From assembly GCA_041651355.1 (NCBI GenBank), contig JBAZJK010000001.1:817489-881488 (forward strand): a stretch of 64,000 nucleotides of DNA. Direction: 5' to 3'. Positions 1 through 8,813 of the stretch are shown here, piece by piece. The stretch comes from Patescibacteria group bacterium (lineage in GTDB: Bacteria; Patescibacteriota; Patescibacteriia; Patescibacteriales; UBA12465). Both the position numbers and the translations under genes were made by a program. Positions within the stretch are counted from its first letter, which is position 1; every line of letters begins with the position of its first letter. The notes below the pieces were generated by a model. That model was not told where the DNA came from. It was given only the letters and a program-made list of their open reading frames with translations, and ran no database searches.

Positions 1-46
1 TACATTAAAAAAATAATAATCTAAGATGAAAGAGCCCTCTTAAGGG

Positions 47-128
47 GCGGACGTGGCGAAACTGGTAGACGCACTTGGCTTAGGACCAAGCGGGGCAACC
101 CTTGAGAGTTCGAGTCTCTCCGTCCGCA
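47..128 (+). tRNA. tRNA-Leu (anticodon TAG)
   Basis: Cloverleaf read by eye: acceptor GCGGACG/CGTCCGC, anticodon stem CTTGG/CCAAG with loop CTTAGGA, long variable arm, T-arm GAGAG-TTCGAGT-CTCTC. No encoded CCA. Confidence 0.85.
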
Positions 129-157
129 CAAGCAAGATCATCCAGAAAAAGCTATTT

Positions 158-997
158 ATGATCAATTTTCTTCACAATTTCCAGCCGCAGGCAATCCTCT
201 GGTCCGGCTCTTTTTTTGATATCAGATGGTATGGCTTGCTGATGGTCACAGGGATCAGTCTGGCAATTATTAGCGCCTTACTACTAGCTAAAGCCTACGG
301 CTATAAAACGGAGACTATCTTAGATTTAAGCTTCTGGTTGATAATCGGCGGCTTGTTAGGGGCTAGAGTATACGAAATCTTCCTAGAGTGGCCTTATTAT
401 TACCAAAACACTTTGTCTATCTTTAAGATATGGCAAGGTGGCCTAGCTATTCATGGAGCGATTATTGGTGGGCTAATAAGCGCTTGGCTATTTACCCATA
501 AAAACAAGCTTGATTTTTGGTTTGTCACAGCCTTAGTCGTCCCCGGACTTGCCCTGGGGCAAGCTATCGGCAGGTTTGGTAATTATTTCAACCAAGAATT
601 ATTTGGTTTGCCGACAGACAAGCCCTGGGGCATCCCTATCGATCCTATCAACCGGCCACTAGAATACATCGGAGAAAAATTCTTCCACCCCACTTTTATC
701 TACGAAAGCTTTGGCAGCCTGATTATCTTTTTAATTTTAATAGCGATTCATGTTATAATGTTAAGGAAGCTGAAAAGCGGGGATTTTAAAAAAATCTACC
801 GTCATTTTTTCATAAGACTAACAGCAATTTATTTGATTCTCTACTCTTTGCTCCGTTTTTTTCTGGAATTTATTAAAGTCGACCAAACCCCAAAACTTTG
901 GGGTTGGCGTTGGCCGCAAATTATCAGTTTAGTCATCATCTTCTTGGCTATCCCTCTATTTTTCAAGAAAAATAAACATGCCGAAATTGAACGCTAA
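158..997 (+). CDS. lgt: prolipoprotein diacylglyceryl transferase
   Basis: ORF 53..997 trimmed to the first ATG after the tRNA (MINFLHNF...). Lgt-type motifs IRWYGL, HGAIIGG, GRFGNYFNQELFG; polytopic membrane protein. Confidence 0.9.
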   Translation: MINFLHNFQPQAILWSGSFFDIRWYGLLMVTGISLAIISALLLAKAYGYKTETILDLSFWLIIGGLLGARVYEIFLEWPYYYQNTLSIFKIWQGGLAIHGAIIGGLISAWLFTHKNKLDFWFVTALVVPGLALGQAIGRFGNYFNQELFGLPTDKPWGIPIDPINRPLEYIGEKFFHPTFIYESFGSLIIFLILIAIHVIMLRKLKSGDFKKIYRHFFIRLTAIYLILYSLLRFFLEFIKVDQTPKLWGWRWPQIISLVIIFLAIPLFFKKNKHAEIER

Positions 998-2153
998 AAA
1001 ATCAAAGGCGAATTTAAAAATCCTATATCTACTGGGGCTGATTTTAGCTTTAGCAACAGCTATTCCAGCATATATTCAGTCTAACTTTATCGGGCAGTTC
1101 GTCAGTTTATCGCAAGTGAGTTTGTTTTTCGTTCTGTCAAATCTTGTGGCTGTTTTTGCTATCATATTTTTTCCTGGCTTTATTAAAAAGCTCAGCAATT
1201 ATTTCCTCACTAAAATCGTCTTGGCTATCTACGGCGCTTCGCTTTTAGCTCTTAGTATTGCTAGTAGCGCCTGGGCAGTCTTTACTGCATTTTTATTCTT
1301 TAATATTAGCTCAAATCTAATCTGGATTAACATGGATGTCTTTGTTGAGGGATTTTCCAGTGATACAAAAACTGGCCGGATTAGAACCATATATTTCACT
1401 TTTATCAACATAGGCTGGATCCTAGGACCTCTTCTGTCTAGCTATCTGATCAAAGAAAACGACTATGCCTGGCCATTCGTCTTAGCTGCTCTCATCCTAA
1501 TCCCCTTCTGCCTGATTTTCATACAACATAGCCGTGGCTTGCAAGATAAGATAAAATACCATAAGATAAATATCCGGCGGACCTTGACCAACATCTGGCT
1601 TAACCGCAATTTAAGGGGGGTTTTCAGTCTGTCTTTGCTCCTAAACATATTCTTTAATAGCGCAGTTGTCTTCATCCCGATATACTTGCACCATAATTTA
1701 GGAATAGATTGGGATAAGTTGGGGCTAATTTTCGCTTTTATGCTCCTCCCGTTTGTAATTTTTGAAATTCCGGCCGGGATTATCGCTGATAAGAAGTTGT
1801 GCGAGAAAGAAATATTCATGATCGGCTTTTCGATCTTAATCATTTCTCTCTTATCTTTCTTCTGGGTTAAATCAACCAGTGTTCTGATCTGGGCCTTGCT
1901 TTTATTCTTTAGTCGTATCGGCGCTTCTCTAATCGAGGCAATGAGAGAGTCCTACTTCTTTAAGATAGTGGACGTAAAAGATGTCGAATATATTGATTTT
2001 TTTCGGATTACCACCCCTTTAGGATATGTCTTGGGTTCAATTATAGGGATGATAGTCTTTAAGTTCTACAGCTTAGAAAATCTTTTCCTAGTCGTAGCTA
2101 TAATAATGTTTTCCAGTTTTTATTTCCTCCATTTGATGAAAAATAATCATTAA
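978..2153 (+). CDS. MFS-type transporter
   Basis: 391 aa with about 12 hydrophobic segments and a TGRIRTIYF loop motif between TM2 and TM3 typical of MFS. Overlaps the lgt stop by 20 nt. Confidence 0.7.
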   Translation: MPKLNAKKSKANLKILYLLGLILALATAIPAYIQSNFIGQFVSLSQVSLFFVLSNLVAVFAIIFFPGFIKKLSNYFLTKIVLAIYGASLLALSIASSAWAVFTAFLFFNISSNLIWINMDVFVEGFSSDTKTGRIRTIYFTFINIGWILGPLLSSYLIKENDYAWPFVLAALILIPFCLIFIQHSRGLQDKIKYHKINIRRTLTNIWLNRNLRGVFSLSLLLNIFFNSAVVFIPIYLHHNLGIDWDKLGLIFAFMLLPFVIFEIPAGIIADKKLCEKEIFMIGFSILIISLLSFFWVKSTSVLIWALLLFFSRIGASLIEAMRESYFFKIVDVKDVEYIDFFRITTPLGYVLGSIIGMIVFKFYSLENLFLVVAIIMFSSFYFLHLMKNNH

Positions 2154-2157
2154 TCAG

Positions 2158-2230
2158 GCGGGTATCGTATAGTGGTTTATTATGTCAGCCTTCCAAGCTG
2201 AAGATGGCGGTTCGATTCCGCTTACCCGCT
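2158..2230 (+). tRNA. tRNA-Gly (anticodon TCC)
   Basis: Acceptor GCGGGTA/TACCCGC, anticodon stem TCAGC/GCTGA, loop CTTCCAA, T-arm GCGG-TTCGATT-CCGC. Confidence 0.85.
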
Positions 2231-2238
2231 CAGCTAGT

Positions 2239-2269
2239 AAAAACACGCTCCTATGGGGGCGTGTTTTTA
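2239..2269. terminator. bidirectional intrinsic terminator
   Basis: A-run, hairpin ACACGCTCC/GGGGCGTGT and T-run, between plus-strand tRNA-Gly and the 3' end of the minus-strand DoxX gene. Confidence 0.7.
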
Positions 2270-2290
2270 TAATGAAAATGTTTGAAGTAA

Positions 2291-2692
2291 TTAGGGGCGC
2301 CTAAAAAGACTGATAAGGATGAAAATAAACATCAGATGTAAAAACCAGCCAACTGCATTCGCTTGAAAAACAAACAAACTCGATAATTGCCTTAGTATTG
2401 TCTGATAATCAACGATTAGCGCTTGGGTGAGAGCAAAAATCAAGAATAAGACTAAAATCAGCGCGGCCTTCCTGCTTTCGTAGTCCAGAAAAAGACATAG
2501 GCCGCCGATAAATTCTAAGATGATGAGGGGCCAGACTAAAATTGGGGGGAGGCTTAAATTTACCAGTTCGATCCGAGCTGCTTCAGGGTTAAAAATACGG
2601 AAAATAGCTGCGCTTAAAAAAATGAGGCCCATGACCACCCTTAATAAAGTCCAGGGGTTATTTTTAATATTTCCCAAAATCATATTTAACAA
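2291..2692 (-). CDS. DoxX-family small membrane protein
   Basis: 133 aa, 4 TM segments, N-terminal LLRVVMGLIFLSAAIFRI pattern resembling DoxX. Confidence 0.5.
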   Translation of the reverse strand: MLNMILGNIKNNPWTLLRVVMGLIFLSAAIFRIFNPEAARIELVNLSLPPILVWPLIILEFIGGLCLFLDYESRKAALILVLFLIFALTQALIVDYQTILRQLSSLFVFQANAVGWFLHLMFIFILISLFRRP

Positions 2693-3371
2693 TCTTTTTT
2701 TTAATCTTTAAATTAAATAGGGTAAAAGTGGCCATTTTCAACCATTTAAATAATGTGCGGAATTTACCATCCTTTTCTAGACGACGAGAGGAATACGGTA
2801 ATTTCACGCTTTTAATCATCCTGAAACGTCCTAAACGGGATAAACGAAAACAATAATCATAATCTTCAGCGACATAGATAGTCTCGTCAAAACCATTAAT
2901 CTTATGATGGGCTAAATTTCTTGATATGATCCCAGCGCCAACGGCTGCTGGAGCGAAATATTGGCGAATAAATAAAAATTGATTGAGAAAAAAGGCGAAT
3001 AAAGAATAGAGGGGGCGATTTGGACTAAATTTAATATAAAAACCAGCGCCAACTAAATCTCTGGACTGGAATTCGGTCAGGACGGTATCTGTAAAATTAT
3101 CAGGCAAGACCGTATCAGCATCTAAAAATAAAAATAATTCTCCTTGAGCTAGAGCGGCGCCGACATTTCTCTGATGAGAAGGGTGTTTTACCGTAGAGTC
3201 AACTACAAACCTGCAGCCAGCCTCTCGAGCAATAGATGCCGTCTTATCATTTGAGCCGCCATCAGAAACAATCACTTCATAATCAGAAACTTTTTGGTTC
3301 TTTATGGACTCTAGTAATAATGGTAAATACTTTTCTTCATTTAAGGTGGGTATGATGTAGGATAGGAGCAT
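2664..3371 (-). CDS. family 2 glycosyltransferase
   Basis: LSYIIPTLNEEKYL start, VSDGGSNDKT, LFLDADT (DxD region): a typical GT2 fold signature. Confidence 0.85.
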   Translation of the reverse strand: MLLSYIIPTLNEEKYLPLLLESIKNQKVSDYEVIVSDGGSNDKTASIAREAGCRFVVDSTVKHPSHQRNVGAALAQGELFLFLDADTVLPDNFTDTVLTEFQSRDLVGAGFYIKFSPNRPLYSLFAFFLNQFLFIRQYFAPAAVGAGIISRNLAHHKINGFDETIYVAEDYDYCFRLSRLGRFRMIKSVKLPYSSRRLEKDGKFRTLFKWLKMATFTLFNLKIKKKIVKYDFGKY

Positions 3372-3373
3372 AA

Positions 3374-4402
3374 TTATTTAAAAAGCAATTTCGCTAGATT
3401 CCAGAACCTATCGTCGCCATTCTTATATTTCCAATACCACCACTCCACTCCCCAAAGATAAGTTTTATTGAAGTTTATCTTGGTGGCATACAATAAATTA
3501 CCATAGAACTGGTCGAAACTCATCGAACGATCCGCTTCGTCTTTAGGTAGATAAATCATACTGCCCTGAGGCACCCAGGGTTCAGTTTGGAGCTCAATAA
3601 TATAGCGCCGAGATTGATCGAGGCCGACCAGGTCGGCCTTTAAGCGATAGAACCAAGCAGGAATAGGATATCTGACATAACCCAACCACTTACCCCAAAC
3701 TACCCTATAGACGGTCGTCCCAAAAACATCGCCGATTCTTGCTTCTTTATTCCAAAAACTTAACTCTCCAGTAGAAGAAACCATAACTGGCCTGGTATCC
3801 AAACTTTTAACCAAAGCAACTTCTTTCTTAAAAAATTCTATATCGCTAGGCGGACAAATCCCGAAAGCATCCAAAAATGGTTCATTTTCTACTTGCCAAT
3901 ACACAATATTGGAATAAAAACGATAATGGCTAACTACTTTCTCTATCATTTTAAGAGATTCTTCCCGGTTAGCCTGTAAGCTATTTTTGTTCGTCCAGGC
4001 AGGGGCGTGGCATTCTGGCCAACGAGGCAAACGCCAGCCGATATTAATTATAAAATTAACATTATGTCTCCGTCCCTCCTCAATAATGAAATCATAGTCG
4101 GAAAAATCAAAATTTCCCTTGCTTTTTTCGATTTCATCCCAATAGATCGGGAGACGTATTTCCTTCACTTTTAAATCATCCAGGGTGGCGCTATAAACTT
4201 CGCGCCAATCCAAGCCAAGCTCATTACAAAATTTGGTAGAAAAAGTTACCCCAAAAAAACCAGGGGGATATTTTAAATCCTTGTCAGTCGAGTAATTCTT
4301 GGCTACCTTAAAAAAATAAAAAATTATAACAAACAAAGACAGTGCCAAAAAGATGCTTATCTGCCAAAATTTATTGTTCTTAAAACGCCAGTCTTTTCTC
4401 AT
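3374..4402 (-). CDS. membrane-anchored putative glycoside hydrolase (clan GH-A-like TIM barrel)
   Basis: N-terminal TM anchor. IVYWQVENEPF resembles the NEP acid/base motif of GH-A hydrolases. The family is not assignable by eye. Confidence 0.5.
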   Translation of the reverse strand: MRKDWRFKNNKFWQISIFLALSLFVIIFYFFKVAKNYSTDKDLKYPPGFFGVTFSTKFCNELGLDWREVYSATLDDLKVKEIRLPIYWDEIEKSKGNFDFSDYDFIIEEGRRHNVNFIINIGWRLPRWPECHAPAWTNKNSLQANREESLKMIEKVVSHYRFYSNIVYWQVENEPFLDAFGICPPSDIEFFKKEVALVKSLDTRPVMVSSTGELSFWNKEARIGDVFGTTVYRVVWGKWLGYVRYPIPAWFYRLKADLVGLDQSRRYIIELQTEPWVPQGSMIYLPKDEADRSMSFDQFYGNLLYATKINFNKTYLWGVEWWYWKYKNGDDRFWNLAKLLFK

Positions 4403-4408
4403 ATAACT

Positions 4409-5344
4409 TTATAAAGCAATAAAATATAAACCCAAGCCGATTAAAAAGACAGCGGCTGTTTTTTGTAAAATTATCAAACCAGTAAAACTTTCTTTTAGCA
4501 TTTTAGGCGCAGAAAAAGCTAAGATAGCGCTAATTAGCAAAATAAAGGCATATTGGACGCCCTGCAAGGCATTCACTAGGGCTACTGATCCAAGAAAAAT
4601 AGCATAATTTTGCAAAATAAACCCAAGCGAGCCGAAACCTTGGCCTAATAGAACTAGGAATTTATGTTTTTGAGGCGAAGAAACGTGTAAAAATTTAAAG
4701 ATTTCTCGGCGAGATTTTCTTTGTAGTAAAAATAATAAAACAAAAAAAGCGGCTCCTAAGCGCGCCCAGATAAAGGCGCTGGCAAAAGACTGACCATTAA
4801 AGGCATATTTACTACCGACAAAATAAAGTGCATAAGCTACGCCTGATATAAGCGCAAAAAACAAGCCATCAAGACCCACCTTTTGACTGATCCCAAGATG
4901 CCTGACCACTCGGCTTAAAAAACTGCGATGACTAGGCAGAAAAGCGATCAAAAAGGTTCCCAACACTAGTAGACCTAAGCCTCCCCACTGATCTAAGTTA
5001 AACTTTTCTTTTAAAAAAACTACTGATAAAAGTATAGAAAAAACTGGAACAACGCCCCCAACCAAGACTAGAGTCTTGGCCGCCTCACCTCTCTTTAAAG
5101 CCTCATATAGGAACCAAAGGGCAAGGGCGAATATGAAACCTAAACAAACATCCCAAAAGAATAGACGCCACCCTGGCCATTCTAATAGCCAAGGAGCGGC
5201 AACCACGACTATTCCTCCTAATAAACAAGCGACGAAAGCATACGCCTTACTACTACTAATGACATGATCGATAAGAAATTTATCAAAAAGATTGGAAACA
5301 GCTAAAAAAAGATAGGCCAATAAAGCGACTGTGATCCAAGACAT
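4409..5344 (-). CDS. EamA/DMT-family permease
   Basis: 311 aa, about 10 TM segments, in two halves like a duplicated EamA domain. Confidence 0.7.
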   Translation of the reverse strand: MSWITVALLAYLFLAVSNLFDKFLIDHVISSSKAYAFVACLLGGIVVVAAPWLLEWPGWRLFFWDVCLGFIFALALWFLYEALKRGEAAKTLVLVGGVVPVFSILLSVVFLKEKFNLDQWGGLGLLVLGTFLIAFLPSHRSFLSRVVRHLGISQKVGLDGLFFALISGVAYALYFVGSKYAFNGQSFASAFIWARLGAAFFVLLFLLQRKSRREIFKFLHVSSPQKHKFLVLLGQGFGSLGFILQNYAIFLGSVALVNALQGVQYAFILLISAILAFSAPKMLKESFTGLIILQKTAAVFLIGLGLYFIAL

Positions 5345-5356
5345 AGGCTTAGTAGA

Positions 5357-6625
5357 TTATTTTAAATTTTTTTCAATATTATAAACCCCTGCACTCTCAG
5401 CATTTAAAAAACCATCAACCGCCGCTCGGGCTAAGCGTCCAGAATTAAGCAAATCTACCCACCACTCTTCAATATTTTCAACCGCCAAGCTATCCAGGCC
5501 GGCTCCGACTGATAGCAGCCATTCTCGATTAAAATCTTCTTGAGAACCAACCGGCTCAGATATAATAATTGGCAAACCTAGGGCGCAATAAAAAGAGAGT
5601 TCAGATGGCTTAGTCCAAAGCACATCGGTAGTCCTTAAGCATTTATTAAATTCCTGAAAATATTCTAATTTACTCGGAGCAAAAATAATCTTTACATTAC
5701 GACAATCTGTTAAATCATTCTCTTGGATGGCTCGGGAAAAAAAATCCTTCACTTCTGGCCTAGAACCAGCGACCAGGTTCAGCCGTAAGTCGCCTTGGCG
5801 CAAGAGCTTGGCTAATTTATTTACAATCATGGCACCAATCTCGGCCTGGGCGCCCGCCCCTCCAACTGCGAAAGTTAAAGTTATTCCTGAATTGTTTGAA
5901 GTATGCGCTTTTAAATCAAGGCTAGGAATATTTTTATAATAAGAGCTTTCCTCGCCCCGAGGATCCAAACGAAGCAAGCGTTGTCCTAAATCTTTTAAAA
6001 GGATTTCTTTATTCTCCCCTATATTCTCTTTAGGTAAAGGGAAGCCGCTAACAATAATGTTTTCTTGCTTGACGCCATACATCAGAAGTCTTGTTTTAAC
6101 TCTATCGCTCGGAACAAGAAATTTCGTGCGGCTCTTTTTCGGCCAAATAGGCGCCCAAGCCCGAGAGATATCAGTATCACAAACCACACAATAAACATCA
6201 CCTTTATACCCGTGGTAATCAGCTGCATAGGCAGCCACAAAGAAAGTGGTTACTAAGGGTAAGCCATTGCTAGACAAGGTATCCATCAAATCCTTCCCTA
6301 AACCCTTCTTGATCGCCCGCAAGAAAGTTAATTGTTGCCAACTAGGCTTCGATAAATCACGAAAAGGATAAAATGGCTTTATCCTTTGGAAATGATCCAT
6401 TATAGAAAAAACTATTTTGCCTAAAATAGGGATTTTCTTAAAACGGGAAATCTTTTCATATAACGCCAGGTTATTCTGCCAATATCGACGTTCCCAGGCC
6501 GGCATTTGCGGATAATCATTCATGCTTAAAATCTCTCCTCCGGCCAAATCCAACAATGGGTAGGCGGCTCTTTGGTGTCCGTAACCCATATCAATAGCTA
6601 CTAAATTTATCTTCTTGAGACTCAT
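5357..6625 (-). CDS. putative GT-B glycosyltransferase (MGDG-synthase/MurG-like)
   Basis: N-terminal IDMGYGHQRAA and mid-protein FAVGGAGAQ glycine-rich loops resemble diacylglycerol glycosyltransferase/GT28-type enzymes. Assignment is tentative. Confidence 0.5.
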   Translation of the reverse strand: MSLKKINLVAIDMGYGHQRAAYPLLDLAGGEILSMNDYPQMPAWERRYWQNNLALYEKISRFKKIPILGKIVFSIMDHFQRIKPFYPFRDLSKPSWQQLTFLRAIKKGLGKDLMDTLSSNGLPLVTTFFVAAYAADYHGYKGDVYCVVCDTDISRAWAPIWPKKSRTKFLVPSDRVKTRLLMYGVKQENIIVSGFPLPKENIGENKEILLKDLGQRLLRLDPRGEESSYYKNIPSLDLKAHTSNNSGITLTFAVGGAGAQAEIGAMIVNKLAKLLRQGDLRLNLVAGSRPEVKDFFSRAIQENDLTDCRNVKIIFAPSKLEYFQEFNKCLRTTDVLWTKPSELSFYCALGLPIIISEPVGSQEDFNREWLLSVGAGLDSLAVENIEEWWVDLLNSGRLARAAVDGFLNAESAGVYNIEKNLK

Positions 6626-6664
6626 ATACTTTTGAAGGCTCCTCTTTGGCTATTATAGCAAAAA

Positions 6665-7603
6665 TTAATGATCTTTTGGAGTTTCCTGGATGCCTTTTTG
6701 CAGCTGTAAATATTGATAGGCACTTAAAGCGGCGACTGTCGCCTGCCCCATCGCTATAGTAATCTGTTTAAAATCAGAATCGACAACATCCCCAGCGGCA
6801 AACAAGCCAGGCGTCGTAGTAGACATTTTTTCATCTACAATCACTTGGCTGTTCTCTTTTCTCTCTGCTAAACCTTCAAGTAAATCTGTATTAGCTAGCC
6901 TGCCTACTTCGATAAAAACGCCGTCAACCGCCTTCTCTGTTATCTCTTGCTGGTCGTGATGACTTATTCTTATCTTCGCCACCCGATCACTTCCGACAAT
7001 TTCCTCTATTTCCGAATTTAAAAATATTTCTATATTTTCTCTGGCTTTAACCTCGGAAACTAAGGTATCAAAAGCCCGAAAACTATCGCTTCTATGGATA
7101 AGATAGACCTGGGACGCTATCTTTGAGAGAAGTTCAGCCGCATCCAAGGCAGAATTGCCGCCCCCAACCACAGCCACAGTCTTGCCCTTGAATAAAGGGC
7201 CGTCGCAATTAGCGCAATATGATACCCCCCGACCATTAAATTCTAACTCTCCTTTTACTGCTAAACGACGCGGAGCTAAACCCATAGCCACCAAGATAGT
7301 TTTAGCTTGGAATTCTTCTTTATTAGTATAAACTTTAAAACTTCCGTCACTTAACTTTTCAATTTTCTTAACTTCATCTTCGCTCAGCTCGGCCCCTGAA
7401 GATAACATATGATCCTTAATCTTGTTGATCAATTCAAAACTCGTGATACTCTTAAAACCAGGATAATTTTCTATTTCGCTAGCCCAAATCATTTGCCCCC
7501 CAGTCTCTTTCCCAATCACTAAGGTTTTCATTTCTCGGCGGGTGCTATAAATAGCGGCTGTCATGCCAGCTGGGCCAGAGCCGATTATAATAATGTCGTA
7601 CAT
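6665..7603 (-). CDS. trxB: thioredoxin-disulfide reductase
   Basis: GSGPAGMTAA FAD motif, redox CANCDG, GGGNSALDAA. The NADPH motif reads HRSDSFRA instead of the usual HRRDxFRA. Confidence 0.9.
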   Translation of the reverse strand: MYDIIIIGSGPAGMTAAIYSTRREMKTLVIGKETGGQMIWASEIENYPGFKSITSFELINKIKDHMLSSGAELSEDEVKKIEKLSDGSFKVYTNKEEFQAKTILVAMGLAPRRLAVKGELEFNGRGVSYCANCDGPLFKGKTVAVVGGGNSALDAAELLSKIASQVYLIHRSDSFRAFDTLVSEVKARENIEIFLNSEIEEIVGSDRVAKIRISHHDQQEITEKAVDGVFIEVGRLANTDLLEGLAERKENSQVIVDEKMSTTTPGLFAAGDVVDSDFKQITIAMGQATVAALSAYQYLQLQKGIQETPKDH

Positions 7604-7766
7604 AAAAATAATAAATTAACTCATTCGAAATCGATGAGGTTTAAAAAATAATTTAATTACTCTCTTATTATAATTTTTTTTAGTATTAATAGCAAACACT
7701 CAATATTGGGCTATAGGATTTAAATAAATATGCTTATATTTTTCAAGAACAACAACCAACAACAGA

Positions 7767-7775
7767 TTATCCACA
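7767..7775 (+). promoter_or_regulatory. perfect consensus DnaA box TTATCCACA
   Basis: Exact 9-mer in the 343-bp divergent intergenic region, immediately after an AAC-rich tract (AACAACAACCAACAACAG). Confidence 0.5.
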
Positions 7776-7822
7776 AGATATCCAATAATTTTATTTTGCT
7801 AATTTTAGGTAAAATTAAAAGT

Positions 7823-7846
7823 TAAGTCTACAAAACTGTAGACTTA
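7823..7846. repeat. 10-bp perfect inverted repeat (TAAGTCTACA-aaac-TGTAGACTTA)
   Basis: Read directly. No plus-strand T-run follows, so it could be an operator or an RNA hairpin. Confidence 0.6.
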
Positions 7847-7894
7847 TACACCAAAAGCAGAAAAGTGTTTTTATCAACAACAAAAACGGAAAAT

Positions 7895-7923
7895 TTGACT
7901 TTTATACTGAACAGAAATAAGAT
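7895..7923 (+). promoter_or_regulatory. sigma70-like promoter (TTGACT-17-TAAGAT)
   Basis: Hexamers with 17-nt spacing, about 25 nt upstream of the TTG start at 7948, which has an AAAGGAGA Shine-Dalgarno sequence. Confidence 0.5.
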
Positions 7924-7947
7924 AAAAAAAGAAAGGAGAATAAAAAA

Positions 7948-8598
7948 TTGGAAACGCTCTTTGAAATGATCAACAACACGATCGAGTTAAAAAACTTTGG
8001 TCTTAATGCTGTCACCATCAGCTTCATTGCTACTCTAGCTATCACTACCTTGCAAATAATTGCTGCGATTAAGCAAAACCAAAGGATTAGGAAAAATCGT
8101 TCTGGAGAAGCTTGGACCCTAAGCTTGTTTGCCTATCTTAGTTTTTATTTCCTGTCTTTCCTGTTTTACGGCATTAGTCGCAATAGTTTAGCCTTATTCC
8201 TCAGTGGAATTCCTGGTTTCTTTTATATCCCGATACTAATCAATATTTGGATATATCAAGAAAACTCTAAATTTGATCGCATCAGCTCAATATTGTTGTT
8301 TTTTGTAGTACCATTAATCGCTATTTCCCAGTATAAAGGCCTGATAATTTTACTCATATTTGGACTAGGGGCGATTGCGATGCTAATTCAAACCTATAAA
8401 ATGGTAAAAAATAAAGACTACAAAGATGTTGAGCCTGTATTTCTCATTTCCTTTTTTGTCAGCTCTTTATTTTGGTTTATTTATTCAACAGCCATTAATG
8501 ACCGAGCCGTACAAACTTCCAGTGGATTATCATTGATATTTTTGATCGTTTTGTTGTCATTATACTATCAATGGAAACATAAAAGATCTGCCAAATAG
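7948..8598 (+). CDS. 7-TM membrane protein with two PQ-loop-like motifs (SWEET-like 3+1+3 layout)
   Basis: TTG start 8 nt after AAAGGAGA (alternative ATG at 7966). Seven hydrophobic segments. LQIIAAIKQNQRIRKNRSGEAWTLS after TM1 and IQTYKMVKNKDYKDVEP after TM5. Confidence 0.4.
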   Translation: METLFEMINNTIELKNFGLNAVTISFIATLAITTLQIIAAIKQNQRIRKNRSGEAWTLSLFAYLSFYFLSFLFYGISRNSLALFLSGIPGFFYIPILINIWIYQENSKFDRISSILLFFVVPLIAISQYKGLIILLIFGLGAIAMLIQTYKMVKNKDYKDVEPVFLISFFVSSLFWFIYSTAINDRAVQTSSGLSLIFLIVLLSLYYQWKHKRSAK

Positions 8599-8612
8599 AG
8601 CAGATCTTTTTT
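8581..8612 (+). terminator. intrinsic terminator
   Basis: AAAAGATCTGC-caaataga-GCAGATCTTTT followed by TT; overlaps the stop codon. Confidence 0.75.
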
Positions 8613-8648
8613 AGTATAAAGAAAAGAGTCTAGAATATCCTAGACTCT
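8613..8648 (-). terminator. intrinsic terminator of the minus-strand tRNA unit
   Basis: AGAGTCTAG/CTAGACTCT 9-bp hairpin directly after the tRNA-Ala 3' end, followed on the minus strand by TTTCTTTAT. Confidence 0.6.
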
Positions 8649-8655
8649 AATACTG

Positions 8656-8729
8656 TGGACCATAAGGGACTTGAACCCTTGACCTCTTCCATGCCATGGA
8701 AGCGCTCTAGCCAACTGAGCTAATGGCCC
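8656..8729 (-). tRNA. tRNA-Ala (anticodon GGC)
   Basis: Reverse complement GGGCCATTAGCTCAG...ATGGTCCA. G3:U70 identity pair present; anticodon stem CTTCC/GGAAG with loop ATGGCAT. Confidence 0.85.
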
Positions 8730-8813
8730 GTTCTTCGTAGAACATTTTGTTCTATATTCTATATAATAATGGAAAAAATAGAATAGTCAAGAGTTGGACA
8801 AAAGAAACAATTA

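Noticed and set aside
53-157. N-terminal 35 codons of track ORF 53..997
   Set aside because: This stretch is the tRNA-Leu(TAG) gene read as protein. The Lgt homology starts at the ATG at 158.
1229-1843. Antisense ORFs inside the MFS gene. Similar shadow ORFs occur elsewhere (e.g. 5076-5267, 12692-13051, 15013-15960, 25437-25832, 26176-26565, 30608-30901, 34206-34634, 39003-40034, 43388-43971, 48640-49089, 49353-49634, 55334-56119, 57581-58001).
   Set aside because: Each lies opposite or out of frame to a gene with strong family motifs. Their translations are low-complexity (S/L/F/I/K-rich) and they lack their own promoter/terminator signals. They are typical shadow ORFs.
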